Shown: positions 16,570 through 25,065, numbered from the stretch's first letter. The stretch is DNA of 32,000 nt from Aeropyrum pernix K1 (GCF_000011125.1 NC_000854.2:1350001-1382000); one strand, 5' to 3'. Notes: a model not told the origin generated them from the sequence alone. Made by a program: numbers and translations.

Positions 16570-17484
16570 CTACAAGTGGAGCCTCTTCCACTCCCCCCTC
16601 ACGGCCGTGTCCATCAGGCCCAGGACTGTCCCCCTATACATGAACTCCGAGATTATGGGGTTCCTAGCTCTATATGCCTTGCCCGCGTTTTCAAGCTTGT
16701 CGGCGAGAAGCCTCATAAGCTCCTCCGCATCCCCCCCGCCCCGCGAAACATATTCTACAGCCTCTCTTACCCACCTTAGAATATCCTCCCTGTGCCACCT
16801 CAGGTACTCCATCCCCCCGCTCCTCATACCGTAGTGGGCGAAAGCAAGCTTCTCCGGCTTGAACCTCGCCATGGCGTCTAGGCTGTTTATGTACTCGACG
16901 GGCTTGAAGGGAGGTGGTGTTGTGGGGAACTCTACAAGCGTCCCGTCGTCGTCTTTTAGGGAAACACCCGCAGAGTCTCCAGTAAACATAACGCCCTCTT
17001 GAGGCAGGTAGAAGCTCATGTGGTGTGAGGCATGGCCTGGCGTATATATCACGTGGAGTTTAACACCCCCCGGTAGCTCGAGGACCTCACCATCCTCTGG
17101 GACCACTATCTTACCTTCCGGCACGGGCTCGGGCTTGCCGAAAAAGTCAGCGTAGTCTCCGAGGAACTGTTTCGAAGCCTGCCAAAGCCTCTCAGGGTCC
17201 GCCATGTGGCGGGCCCCCCTGGGATGAACGTAGACAGCTTCCACGGTGTCCAGGCTGCGCACTATGCTGCCAGCAGCGCTCGCATGGTCTAAGTGTATAT
17301 GCGTGAGGATAACGTATCTCAGCCTGACCCCCATAGACTGCAGCTCCTCCCTGACCCTCTCCCAGGAAGTCTTCGGCCCACTGTCAATCATAGCCGCATC
17401 GCCGTCGGGCGCAATCAATATGTAGCTCCCCATCTTCCCCGTAAACGGCTCGGGCGTTGTGTCCACGAGTTTAATTTCGACCAA
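16570..17484 (-). CDS. MBL-fold metallo-hydrolase
   Basis: 304 aa with THIHLDHASAAG (HxHxDH), TPGHASHH and FTGDS motifs in MBL order. Confidence 0.9.
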   Translation of the reverse strand: MVEIKLVDTTPEPFTGKMGSYILIAPDGDAAMIDSGPKTSWERVREELQSMGVRLRYVILTHIHLDHASAAGSIVRSLDTVEAVYVHPRGARHMADPERLWQASKQFLGDYADFFGKPEPVPEGKIVVPEDGEVLELPGGVKLHVIYTPGHASHHMSFYLPQEGVMFTGDSAGVSLKDDDGTLVEFPTTPPPFKPVEYINSLDAMARFKPEKLAFAHYGMRSGGMEYLRWHREDILRWVREAVEYVSRGGGDAEELMRLLADKLENAGKAYRARNPIISEFMYRGTVLGLMDTAVRGEWKRLHL

Positions 17485-17548
17485 CCACGACTCCCCGGTG
17501 GGATAAGGATGTTGGCGTAGACTCTAAGCCTTTCATGCTGGGAAGGAC

Positions 17549-17563
17549 TATATAAAAATATTT
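17549..17563. promoter_or_regulatory. Strong AT-rich TATA-like element (TATATAAAAATATTT) in a divergent intergenic region
   Basis: Read directly. It is the only AT-rich block between the divergent genes starting at 17484 (-) and 17629 (+). Strand assignment is uncertain. Confidence 0.3.
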
Positions 17564-17628
17564 GCTGGCTAGAACCGCTTAATTTCAACCCTACCAATTA
17601 TACACTGATATCACGGGGCCCAGCTGCG

Positions 17629-18375
17629 TTGCCCGGGGAGAGGATCAGGCTGGCTAAAGCTCTGCTAGACCTGGCTAGGTCGACGTTGAAGAGCGTTTGG
17701 AGCGACATGGCCACCGGAGACTATAGATGGGTTATACTCAAGTCGTGGAGAGCGGCAAAGGAAGCTCTTCTATCGCTCTCGTACAGCGGCGCTGCAGAGG
17801 TGCATGTTGACGACCTCTCCGGGCTATACGCTATGCTGTACCCCTCATGCCCCCCAATCCAGTGGAGCGACATAGCCCTTCTAGACTATGCTAAAACCCT
17901 TGTCGAGGACCTGGGCCTCTACATGATATTCTACTCGGCGGAGCCCGGGCCTAGGAGGAGAGATGGAATCCAGTCTCTCGAGGCCTCAGTTCGGATAGTG
18001 GAATCGGTGGTCCAATGTATTAAGGAGCCTTCGACAGGCTCCGGCCCAGCAGCAGGAATATCATTCCCGCTGGATGCTCTTAGAAGAAAGGTTTCCACGT
18101 TCAGCGGGGAGAGGGTAACTGTTGTCCGGTCCGGGAGGAGGCTCTATATCATAACAGCGGAGATGCCGGAGGATATAGTTGGTAGGATAGAGCTTGCGAA
18201 GAAGATCGAAACCCCACCCGGCTTCCAGGTGCTACCCTTAACGGCCGAGGAAGCCTACAGCTACGTCAATCTACCCTGGATAGTGCTTGAAGACGTTGAA
18301 GTCATGAGGGACGACCTGGGCTTGGGCCAGTTCTTCGAGCTTAGGTCCACAAGCCAAGGCGGCTCATTCTTTTAA
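17629..18375 (+). CDS. Hypothetical protein: N-terminal HEPN-like helical domain plus C-terminal degenerate nucleotidyltransferase-like domain (tentative)
   Basis: 248 aa, TTG start. The N-terminus LAKALLDLARSTLKSVWSDMATGDYRWVILKSWRAAKEALLSL follows the HEPN helix 1-2 pattern, but I see no R-x4-6-H motif. The C-terminal ERVTVVRSGRRLYIITAEMPED...LPLTAEEA...IVLEDVEVM follows the minimal-nucleotidyltransferase strand/helix pattern without the GS and DxD catalytic residues. Confidence 0.55.
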   Translation: MPGERIRLAKALLDLARSTLKSVWSDMATGDYRWVILKSWRAAKEALLSLSYSGAAEVHVDDLSGLYAMLYPSCPPIQWSDIALLDYAKTLVEDLGLYMIFYSAEPGPRRRDGIQSLEASVRIVESVVQCIKEPSTGSGPAAGISFPLDALRRKVSTFSGERVTVVRSGRRLYIITAEMPEDIVGRIELAKKIETPPGFQVLPLTAEEAYSYVNLPWIVLEDVEVMRDDLGLGQFFELRSTSQGGSFF

Positions 18376-18480
18376 ATAAATGTTCTGCTGATCTATCATC
18401 AACCGACATGTTATGTGGCTGGTCGTGTAAAAAAGTGGCAGCTTTGTCCATAGGCTGTAGTTTGCTCTCTGTCTGTTTAG

Positions 18481-19692
18481 CTAGAATTTTAGGCCGAAAG
18501 CTTGTCTAACCAGCTGCCTTACTATTGTCAGTCTCTGTATCTCGTTTGTGCCTTCATATATTGTCGTTATTATTGCGTCCCTCAGGTATCTTTCCACACC
18601 AGTCTCAGGGTCTACGCCGTAGCCTCCGTGTATCTGTATCGCCTGCCTCGCTATCCATTCAGCCGCTTCTGTGGCGAAGGCCTTTGCAAGGCTAGCGGCC
18701 ACTATGAACTCCCTCTTCCCTTTGTCAGCCAGTGTGGCTGCCCAGTATGTGAGTAGGCGTGCGGCCTCAAGCTTCATGTACATGTTGGCTAGCTTGTCGA
18801 TTATCATCTGGAACTGTATGAGTGGCTGGCCGAACACCTCCCTCTGGAGGGCGTAGTTTAGAGCCTTCTCGAACGAGGCTTGGGCTATCCCCACAGCCTG
18901 AGCAGCTATGCCTATTCTCGTGTAGTCGTATGTGGACACTATTACCTTGAATCCCTCGTCCTCTTTTCCAACAAGGTTCTCGGCTGGCACCTTAACATCC
19001 TCAAGGATAACCTCGTAGGGCTGCTCGCCCCTCATACCGAGCACTTTAAACTGCTGACCTATCTTTAGGCCTGGCATGTCCTTCTCGACTATAAACACGC
19101 TTATCCCCCACCACCTCTTATCCTCCCTCGGCGGGTTAGTCCTGGCAGACACTACAAGGTAGTCAGCATCCCTGGCACCGCTTATGAAGACCTTTCTACC
19201 GTTTATCACGTAATGATCGTTAACCTTGCGTGCAGTCGTCCTTATACCCGCCACATCGCTGCCTCCAGTCGGCTCTGTGTTGGCGTGCGCCCCCCTAGCC
19301 TTCCCCTGGGCTATAGGTGTCACATACTTTCTTTTCTGCTCTTCAGTACCGAAGAGAAGTATGGGGACTGCGAAGAGGTGGTTTACACCGATTGTTACGC
19401 CGAGTGCGGGAACAGCTCTAGCTATCTCCTCCGTCAGCAGGGCGGTCATAAGATGGCCGCCGCCCTGGCCGCCGTACTCTTCAGGTATACCTACCCCGAA
19501 AATGCCGAGGTCGGCTGCCTCCTTGAGTATATCCTCGGGAATTCTGTTAGTCTCCTCGATCTCTCTCCAACGTGGCATAACTTTGGATTCTACAAACTCC
19601 CTAATTGACTTTCTAAACAGCTCATGCTCCTCCGTTAGCTCGATTCTAAAATCCTCCGAGGAGCTGAAAGGGAAGACCATATCTTCACGCAC
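18481..19692 (-). CDS. Acyl-CoA dehydrogenase
   Basis: 403 aa with full-length ACAD similarity (TEPTGGSDVAG, GYGVDPETGVERYLRDAIITTIYEGTNEIQRL). Confidence 0.95.
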   Translation of the reverse strand: MREDMVFPFSSSEDFRIELTEEHELFRKSIREFVESKVMPRWREIEETNRIPEDILKEAADLGIFGVGIPEEYGGQGGGHLMTALLTEEIARAVPALGVTIGVNHLFAVPILLFGTEEQKRKYVTPIAQGKARGAHANTEPTGGSDVAGIRTTARKVNDHYVINGRKVFISGARDADYLVVSARTNPPREDKRWWGISVFIVEKDMPGLKIGQQFKVLGMRGEQPYEVILEDVKVPAENLVGKEDEGFKVIVSTYDYTRIGIAAQAVGIAQASFEKALNYALQREVFGQPLIQFQMIIDKLANMYMKLEAARLLTYWAATLADKGKREFIVAASLAKAFATEAAEWIARQAIQIHGGYGVDPETGVERYLRDAIITTIYEGTNEIQRLTIVRQLVRQAFGLKF

Positions 19693-19923
19693 CTTAAAAG
19701 TCTAATGTGTGTTTCTAGTGGATTTAAAATGGGGGTATTAGTGGCGAAATTATGAGGTCTAGAGTGCGGGTATAAGTACTCTTGGAGATTCCCGTTCTCG
19801 TTAAACTAGTGCTACTCCTGAATAAAATCTTAGTCTTTATTCCAACCTCAGACCCTGCTTGTCGTCCGCGTTACATGTCTTATCGTATCCTCCTATGTGT
19901 AGGACCTTGTAGACTGGAAACTC

Positions 19924-21393
19924 TCATTTCGCTAGGTTTAGCCCCCTAAACTTCAGTTTCTCCAGCTCTTTTCTACCTGAGTTGAGTACGTCTACATTGG
20001 CTACTGCGAATAGCGCAGGCGCCCCCCGCCGGAGCCTGCCGAGCCACGCCACGGGGCCTCCAGATGCTAGGGCGGAGTTTAGCGTGTATAGTTTGAGGGT
20101 TTCACGCGGCGTGAGAGACTCGCTTTCCCTGCAAAGCCTTGAGCTGCACAGCCCAACAGCAGCCTTGAACGTCTCCGCGGGATCGTAAGTTTCTACCGGC
20201 GCGTCGGTTGATAAAGCCAGCTTAACTCCCGCCCTCAGCATGGACGCGAAGGGGTAGGCCGCTTGCAGCATGTCAGACCCTACCCTACTCTCCAGCCACC
20301 AGTCGCTGACCCTAAACAGAGGCTGCACTACTGTCCAGACCCTCAGGCTAGCCAGCCTATCTATCTGGTTGGGCCAGGCTAGGCTGGCGTGCTCCACCCT
20401 GAGCATCCCCGGCTCTACACCCCTTGATATGGCGTTGCTGAAGCCTTCTAGAACCTCGTCTAACGCCGCATCTCCTATTGCGTGAACAGCAGTTGCAAGC
20501 CCCCGGTGGCTGTTTGACACTGCTTCCTCCGCTATGTCCCTACTGGAAAGCAGCTTCAACCCGCGCCATCCCTCGTTCTCACCGGAGATGTAAGGCCTCC
20601 TCAAATAGGCGGTGCGGCCGCCAAGGCTTCCGTCAGCGAATAGTTTTACCCCTACAATACTCCACCTTGCACCCGCCCTCTTTGGCGGCGGCTCTACTCC
20701 ACGCCTAAGATAGCATGCCACCCTGACCTCCAAAGCATCTCCTATAAGGGATAGCGCTCTAACCTCTTCCTCGCTACATGCCATTGAAGACACGCCAAAC
20801 ACCCCCACCGAGGCTAGTGCAGAGGCGGCGTCTCTCAGCAACTCCTCATTGTTATACGTCTTCATGGCTACGGAGACCGCGTATGAGACTGCATCCTCAA
20901 GCAGCAGGCCTCGCTCCCTGTCGACAAGGTTTGGGAACAGCTTGTCTACCCCCGACTCTCTTATGAATGCAGAGTTCGCCACTGCAACATGACCGCAGAT
21001 CCTTACGGCGAGCGCCGGCTTTTCGCCTAGGTATGAATCCAAAATTCTCCTGTCAAGTCTAGACCCAGGCCGGAACTCCTCCTCGTTCCACCCTCTTCCC
21101 ACCGCTATTGGCGAGTTGGCGGCTGCAAGCCTCTTCGCTACCTCCTCAGGAGAAGAAGCGCCCTTCAGGTTAACAATCCTAAAGCTAGCTCCCAAAGAGC
21201 GCATGTGTAGGTGAGCGTCCACCAGTGGGGGGAGGAGGAATCCCTTGACAGCTACCCTTTTCCCCACAGAAACATGAGGTTCGCCTCTGCTAATGGACTT
21301 TACAAGCCCCTCATCTACTAGAACGTGATCGCCTACGTATTCGCCTTCATGGGAGTAAACGGCTTCTGCAGAGACAACAACTGATCTCGCCAC
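19924..21393 (-). CDS. Amidohydrolase-family metal-dependent hydrolase (Amidohydro_3-like)
   Basis: 489 aa, GTG start. N-terminal PPLVDAHLHM (HxH), internal VHAIGDAA, and C-terminal STDAPVE metal-ligand Asp region. Confidence 0.88.
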   Translation of the reverse strand: MARSVVVSAEAVYSHEGEYVGDHVLVDEGLVKSISRGEPHVSVGKRVAVKGFLLPPLVDAHLHMRSLGASFRIVNLKGASSPEEVAKRLAAANSPIAVGRGWNEEEFRPGSRLDRRILDSYLGEKPALAVRICGHVAVANSAFIRESGVDKLFPNLVDRERGLLLEDAVSYAVSVAMKTYNNEELLRDAASALASVGVFGVSSMACSEEEVRALSLIGDALEVRVACYLRRGVEPPPKRAGARWSIVGVKLFADGSLGGRTAYLRRPYISGENEGWRGLKLLSSRDIAEEAVSNSHRGLATAVHAIGDAALDEVLEGFSNAISRGVEPGMLRVEHASLAWPNQIDRLASLRVWTVVQPLFRVSDWWLESRVGSDMLQAAYPFASMLRAGVKLALSTDAPVETYDPAETFKAAVGLCSSRLCRESESLTPRETLKLYTLNSALASGGPVAWLGRLRRGAPALFAVANVDVLNSGRKELEKLKFRGLNLAK

Positions 21394-21629
21394 GCCGAAG
21401 CCACACCTAATATGATATATTGTGTGGTTGAGAAGCTGATTAGCTCTCTCGACAGATTAAGCAGTATTAGTAGAGTATTCGCGTTGTAGTGTGGATATGA
21501 TGCTTAATGTACTTCCAAATATATTGTTTCTATGCCATTGTTTAAACTATATACATTTCTCTTGACCTGCTTTATTAACCATAAAGATATTTTATAGATA
21601 ACTTAGAGCACGATACCCACGTTGTAGGG

Positions 21630-21860
21630 GTGGGTTTAGTGGAGGCAAAGCAGGCTGCAGGCGCTCTCCTCACGGTCGTCGGCGTCCTACTGATATTATA
21701 CGCCATCTACTCGGGGTTTGTGAACGAGACTATAGGCTCTACGGAGAAGTTTTCTGCAGATGCGGCCGCAATGATAGTAGGATGGTTTGCTGTGCTCATA
21801 GGGCCAGCACTCCTCTTCGGCGAAACGCCTGCCGCCGTTAGGAAGGCGGCTGGGAGGTGA
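21630..21860 (+). CDS. Small two-TM membrane protein immediately upstream of cstA
   Basis: 76 aa, GTG start about 30-40 nt downstream of a TTTTATAG box. Two hydrophobic helices (ALLTVVGVLLILYAIY and MIVGWFAVLIGPALLF). Ends 6 nt before cstA. No recognisable family. Confidence 0.55.
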   Translation: MGLVEAKQAAGALLTVVGVLLILYAIYSGFVNETIGSTEKFSADAAAMIVGWFAVLIGPALLFGETPAAVRKAAGR

Positions 21861-21866
21861 TGAACC

Positions 21867-23681
21867 GTGTCCATGCCTATACTACTCCTTGTTGCAGTTA
21901 TTCTAGCTATATATGCTGTGGCGTATCTTTTCTATGGCAGGAATATACTACAGGAGAAGGTTGTTAGAGCATCCCCTGAGAGGGAGACCCCGGCTATAGC
22001 CAAGTTCGACGGCGTCGACTATGTCCCGGCCCACAGGTTCGTGCTCTTCGGCCACCACTTCGCTAGCATAGCGGGCGCTGGACCTATAGTAGGCCCTGCC
22101 ATAGCCATGGCCTACGGCTGGCTCCTCCCCCTAGTCTGGGTTCTATTTGGCAATGTGTTCATGGGAGCCGTTCACGACTACCTCTCCCTAATGGCGAGCG
22201 TGAGGTACGGCGGCATCTCTATCGTTAGCGTTGGCGAGAACCTAATGGGGAGGAAGGCGAGGTATCTCTTCCTGATATACGTATTGTTCACTCTGATTCT
22301 CGTATATGCCGCCTTCGCGAGCATAGCGGCATCTCTGTTCGCTAGAGACCCCAGGGTTGCAACACTATCCATACTATTCATGCCGCTGGCTCTGCTGCTT
22401 GGCATAATGATGTACAGGATGGGCCTTGGGATGGGGCCCTCAACAGTTATAACGGTTGTTCTAGTGATCGCCGCCTTCGTTTACTCTTACAACCACGGTA
22501 TAGTCATAGGCACCTTCGACCCGAGCCTCCCACCGGGAGAAGGAGGCTGGGTAGCCTATCACAGGTGGGTCATAATACTAGGGCTCTACGCGCTCCTAGC
22601 TGCAAGCCTGCCTGTCTGGTATCTCCTACAGCCTAGGGACTATCTAAACGCCTACATACTATGGACGGGTCTGGGCCTAGCCGCTATAGCCGCCATACTG
22701 CTTGGAACACAGAGCCTCAAGGGCCCAGCCTACACTTCCTTCCAGCCAAACATAATCGCAGGACAGCCCACACCCTTCTGGCCAGCCATACCGCTCATAA
22801 TAGCCTGTGGCTCCCTTAGCGGGTTCCACAGCCTAGTAGCCTCGGGCACCACTAGTAAGCAGCTTGCAAGCGAGCTAGATGCCCTCTTCGTCGGCTACGG
22901 TGCAATGCTGCTCGAGGGAGCCCTCTCGGGCCTGGCAGTGATAATACCTATATCATTCGCGTGGAACGCCCCCGAGCTAATACAGAAGGGTGTTATCGAG
23001 AACAACATGCTGGATCTCGCCGCGGTTCCAAGGTATGCTGTGGGATACGGCTACACGCTGGCGAAGACGTTTGAGATGTTTGGCGTAGGCTTCGACACGG
23101 GATACAGCTTCTTCACCCTCTTCGCAAGCCTCATGCTATCGATGTATGTGCTCACGACTCTCGACACGGGGACGAGGCTCGCCAGGTTTGCCTGGCAAGA
23201 ACTCTTCGACTGGCTCGCCAACGTCGACAAGAACCTATACTCGATAGTCACCAACAAGTGGGTCTCCAGCCTGGCAGTGGTTATAATAGGCAGCGCCCTG
23301 GCGTACCCTGTCCTCGAGATAGGTGCTGGCTACAAGGCGGCTTACAACGTGGTGTGGCCGGCTTTCGCCGGGGCCAACCAGATGTTGGCAGCAATAGCCT
23401 TGCTGACGAGCGCCCTCTGGGTATACGGTGTGCTGAACGTTAGAGGAGGGACGGGGCTGCTGATACTGCTGCCCTCCCTCTTCCTATGGGTCACCGTTAC
23501 AGCAGGCTTAACATGGTGGCTGATGGTCATACTGCCAGTGCTGCCGGCTATACAGCAGTTTGGAGCCGGCTCCATGATACTGTTCACGCTGCTGCTGAGC
23601 CTGCTACTCTTCGCCCTATTCATAATAAACTTCAACAAACTGAGCAAGCAGGCCGGAGCCTCACAGCAGGCCCAGGCTTAA
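21867..23681 (+). CDS. cstA: Carbon starvation protein A (CstA-family peptide/pyruvate transporter)
   Basis: 604 aa, polytopic. Conserved CstA N-terminal block (FGHHFASIAGAGPIVGPAIA...GNVFMGAVHDY). Perfect GGAGGTGA Shine-Dalgarno at 21854-21861. Start is GTG 21867 or ATG 21873. Confidence 0.95.
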   Translation: MSMPILLLVAVILAIYAVAYLFYGRNILQEKVVRASPERETPAIAKFDGVDYVPAHRFVLFGHHFASIAGAGPIVGPAIAMAYGWLLPLVWVLFGNVFMGAVHDYLSLMASVRYGGISIVSVGENLMGRKARYLFLIYVLFTLILVYAAFASIAASLFARDPRVATLSILFMPLALLLGIMMYRMGLGMGPSTVITVVLVIAAFVYSYNHGIVIGTFDPSLPPGEGGWVAYHRWVIILGLYALLAASLPVWYLLQPRDYLNAYILWTGLGLAAIAAILLGTQSLKGPAYTSFQPNIIAGQPTPFWPAIPLIIACGSLSGFHSLVASGTTSKQLASELDALFVGYGAMLLEGALSGLAVIIPISFAWNAPELIQKGVIENNMLDLAAVPRYAVGYGYTLAKTFEMFGVGFDTGYSFFTLFASLMLSMYVLTTLDTGTRLARFAWQELFDWLANVDKNLYSIVTNKWVSSLAVVIIGSALAYPVLEIGAGYKAAYNVVWPAFAGANQMLAAIALLTSALWVYGVLNVRGGTGLLILLPSLFLWVTVTAGLTWWLMVILPVLPAIQQFGAGSMILFTLLLSLLLFALFIINFNKLSKQAGASQQAQA

Positions 23682-23698
23682 GCCTCCTTTCGACATCG

Positions 23699-23704
23699 TT
23701 TTTT
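23699..23704 (+). terminator. T6 tract downstream of cstA (candidate archaeal oligo-T terminator)
   Basis: TTTTTT lies 18 nt after the cstA stop. The stop codon itself sits inside a 12-nt palindrome AGGCTTAAGCCT (23674-23685). Confidence 0.3.
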
Positions 23705-23730
23705 CAACCCTTTAACCCACTTTCTAATTC

Positions 23731-24054
23731 ATGGGATGGCGAGTCATGCTAGATCTTCTCGTGCAAGCAGCGCACAGGATTTCGGGAATATTTAGGGGAA
23801 TGTTTCACGAGCTAGCTGTAACCCTCAAGGCTATGATGTCTGGCCATGCAGTGGATACTCTGCAGATGGAGCTGGAGGAGCTTGAGAACGTTTTCGCAAC
23901 CGTCATAATAGGGAGCCTGGCGGGCATGCCTCTGGCGCCTCTAGGCCTCGCTGTTGAGGTGGCTGGTTACATGGAGGAGGAGATATCGACGATGATCGAG
24001 AAGCACGCCAAGTATAGGGATGGGCTTGCGGCTTACGCGAGCCTAGGGGGCTAG
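23731..24054 (+). CDS. Hypothetical 107-aa protein upstream of the ArsA/Get3-like ATPase
   Basis: ORF ends 6 nt before the ATPase start. Helical and partly hydrophobic (FATVIIGSLAGMPLAPLGLAVEVAG). No family recognised. Confidence 0.5.
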   Translation: MGWRVMLDLLVQAAHRISGIFRGMFHELAVTLKAMMSGHAVDTLQMELEELENVFATVIIGSLAGMPLAPLGLAVEVAGYMEEEISTMIEKHAKYRDGLAAYASLGG

Positions 24055-24060
24055 AGAGCT

Positions 24061-24468
24061 ATGAGTGGAGCAGGTATTGAGAAGCTAGTTGAGGATGTGG
24101 TACCCGCCATATCCAGTGGCGCAGGCCCTCATGTTGTGTTTGTTACTGGGAAGGGAGGGGTGGGGAAGACCACCGTCAGTATACTGCTGGGGACTCTCCT
24201 GTCAAGGGTTGGGGAGACTCTTGTAATAAGTCTTGACCAGGCTAAGCATTTGAAGGAGTACCTGGATTTGGAGGATGTTAACAGGGTTTACAATGTAAGG
24301 GGCGGCCTGTATGCCATGCAGTTCGACACAGGGAGGGATATAGACAGGCTCAGCTCCGAATACATGATGCTTATGAAGCGCATTATGCCTGGCCTTAAGG
24401 TGTTAAACCTCGACAAGACTGTAGAGATAGTAAAAACGCGCCGGGCCTTGAGGAGGAGGTGTACCTGA
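24061..24468 (+). CDS. ArsA/Get3-family ATPase, N-terminal fragment (frameshifted gene)
   Basis: Deviant Walker A VFVTGKGGVGKTTVS and an ArsA-like switch I region ISLDQAKHL. The reading frame terminates after an unrelated RRALRRRCT tail. Confidence 0.85.
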   Translation: MSGAGIEKLVEDVVPAISSGAGPHVVFVTGKGGVGKTTVSILLGTLLSRVGETLVISLDQAKHLKEYLDLEDVNRVYNVRGGLYAMQFDTGRDIDRLSSEYMMLMKRIMPGLKVLNLDKTVEIVKTRRALRRRCT

Positions 24469-25052
24469 GGAAGATACTGGAGCTCTACAGAGACAGCAGG
24501 TTCAAGTATGTGGTTGTCGACACGCCCCCTACGGGGCTGACGCTTAGGATACTCAGCCTTCCCAGGCTATACACCTTCTGGCTGGAGAGCCTCATCGGCA
24601 TCAGGGAAAGAATAGTTAGTTTAAGGTATGTTATAGCGAGGAGCATCGGGCGGGAGCCCGAGATGGATGATCCTGTACTGGACAAGCTGAGGGAGATGCA
24701 GGATAGGTACGCTAAGCTCTCGAATGATCTAGTGGAGAGGGAGAGGACCTCGTTCGCCATAGTGGCCACCCCAGAACCCCTACCCGTTTACGAGGCCCGG
24801 AAGACAGTCGAGTTTCTTGAGAGTATGGGGGCCAAGCCATCCATTATAGTTGTTAATAGAATACTTCCCGCTGAGATAGCGTCGCGCCTGGGAGTTTTAG
24901 AGGTTCAGTCTAAAGCTCTGAACGAGCTTAGGACTAGAGTATGTAGGAAGCCCTGTGTACTCGTTGAAATACCCATGGTGGAGACTGTTCCGAGTTCCTT
25001 GGAGGCGGTGTTAAACCTTGTAGAGAGGTCGAGGGGGCTTGTGCTAGAGTAG
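24459..25052 (+). CDS. ArsA/Get3-family ATPase, C-terminal fragment (frameshifted gene)
   Basis: This frame is open from 24399. Homology (APGLEEEVYLRKILELY...YVVVDTPPTGLTLRILSLP) already starts at 24438, upstream of the GTG picked by the ORF track. Joining the frames at the A5 run (24432-24436) gives a typical ArsA-sized protein of about 330 aa. Confidence 0.85.
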   Translation: MYLRKILELYRDSRFKYVVVDTPPTGLTLRILSLPRLYTFWLESLIGIRERIVSLRYVIARSIGREPEMDDPVLDKLREMQDRYAKLSNDLVERERTSFAIVATPEPLPVYEARKTVEFLESMGAKPSIIVVNRILPAEIASRLGVLEVQSKALNELRTRVCRKPCVLVEIPMVETVPSSLEAVLNLVERSRGLVLE

Positions 25053-25065
25053 AGACGCTTACTGC

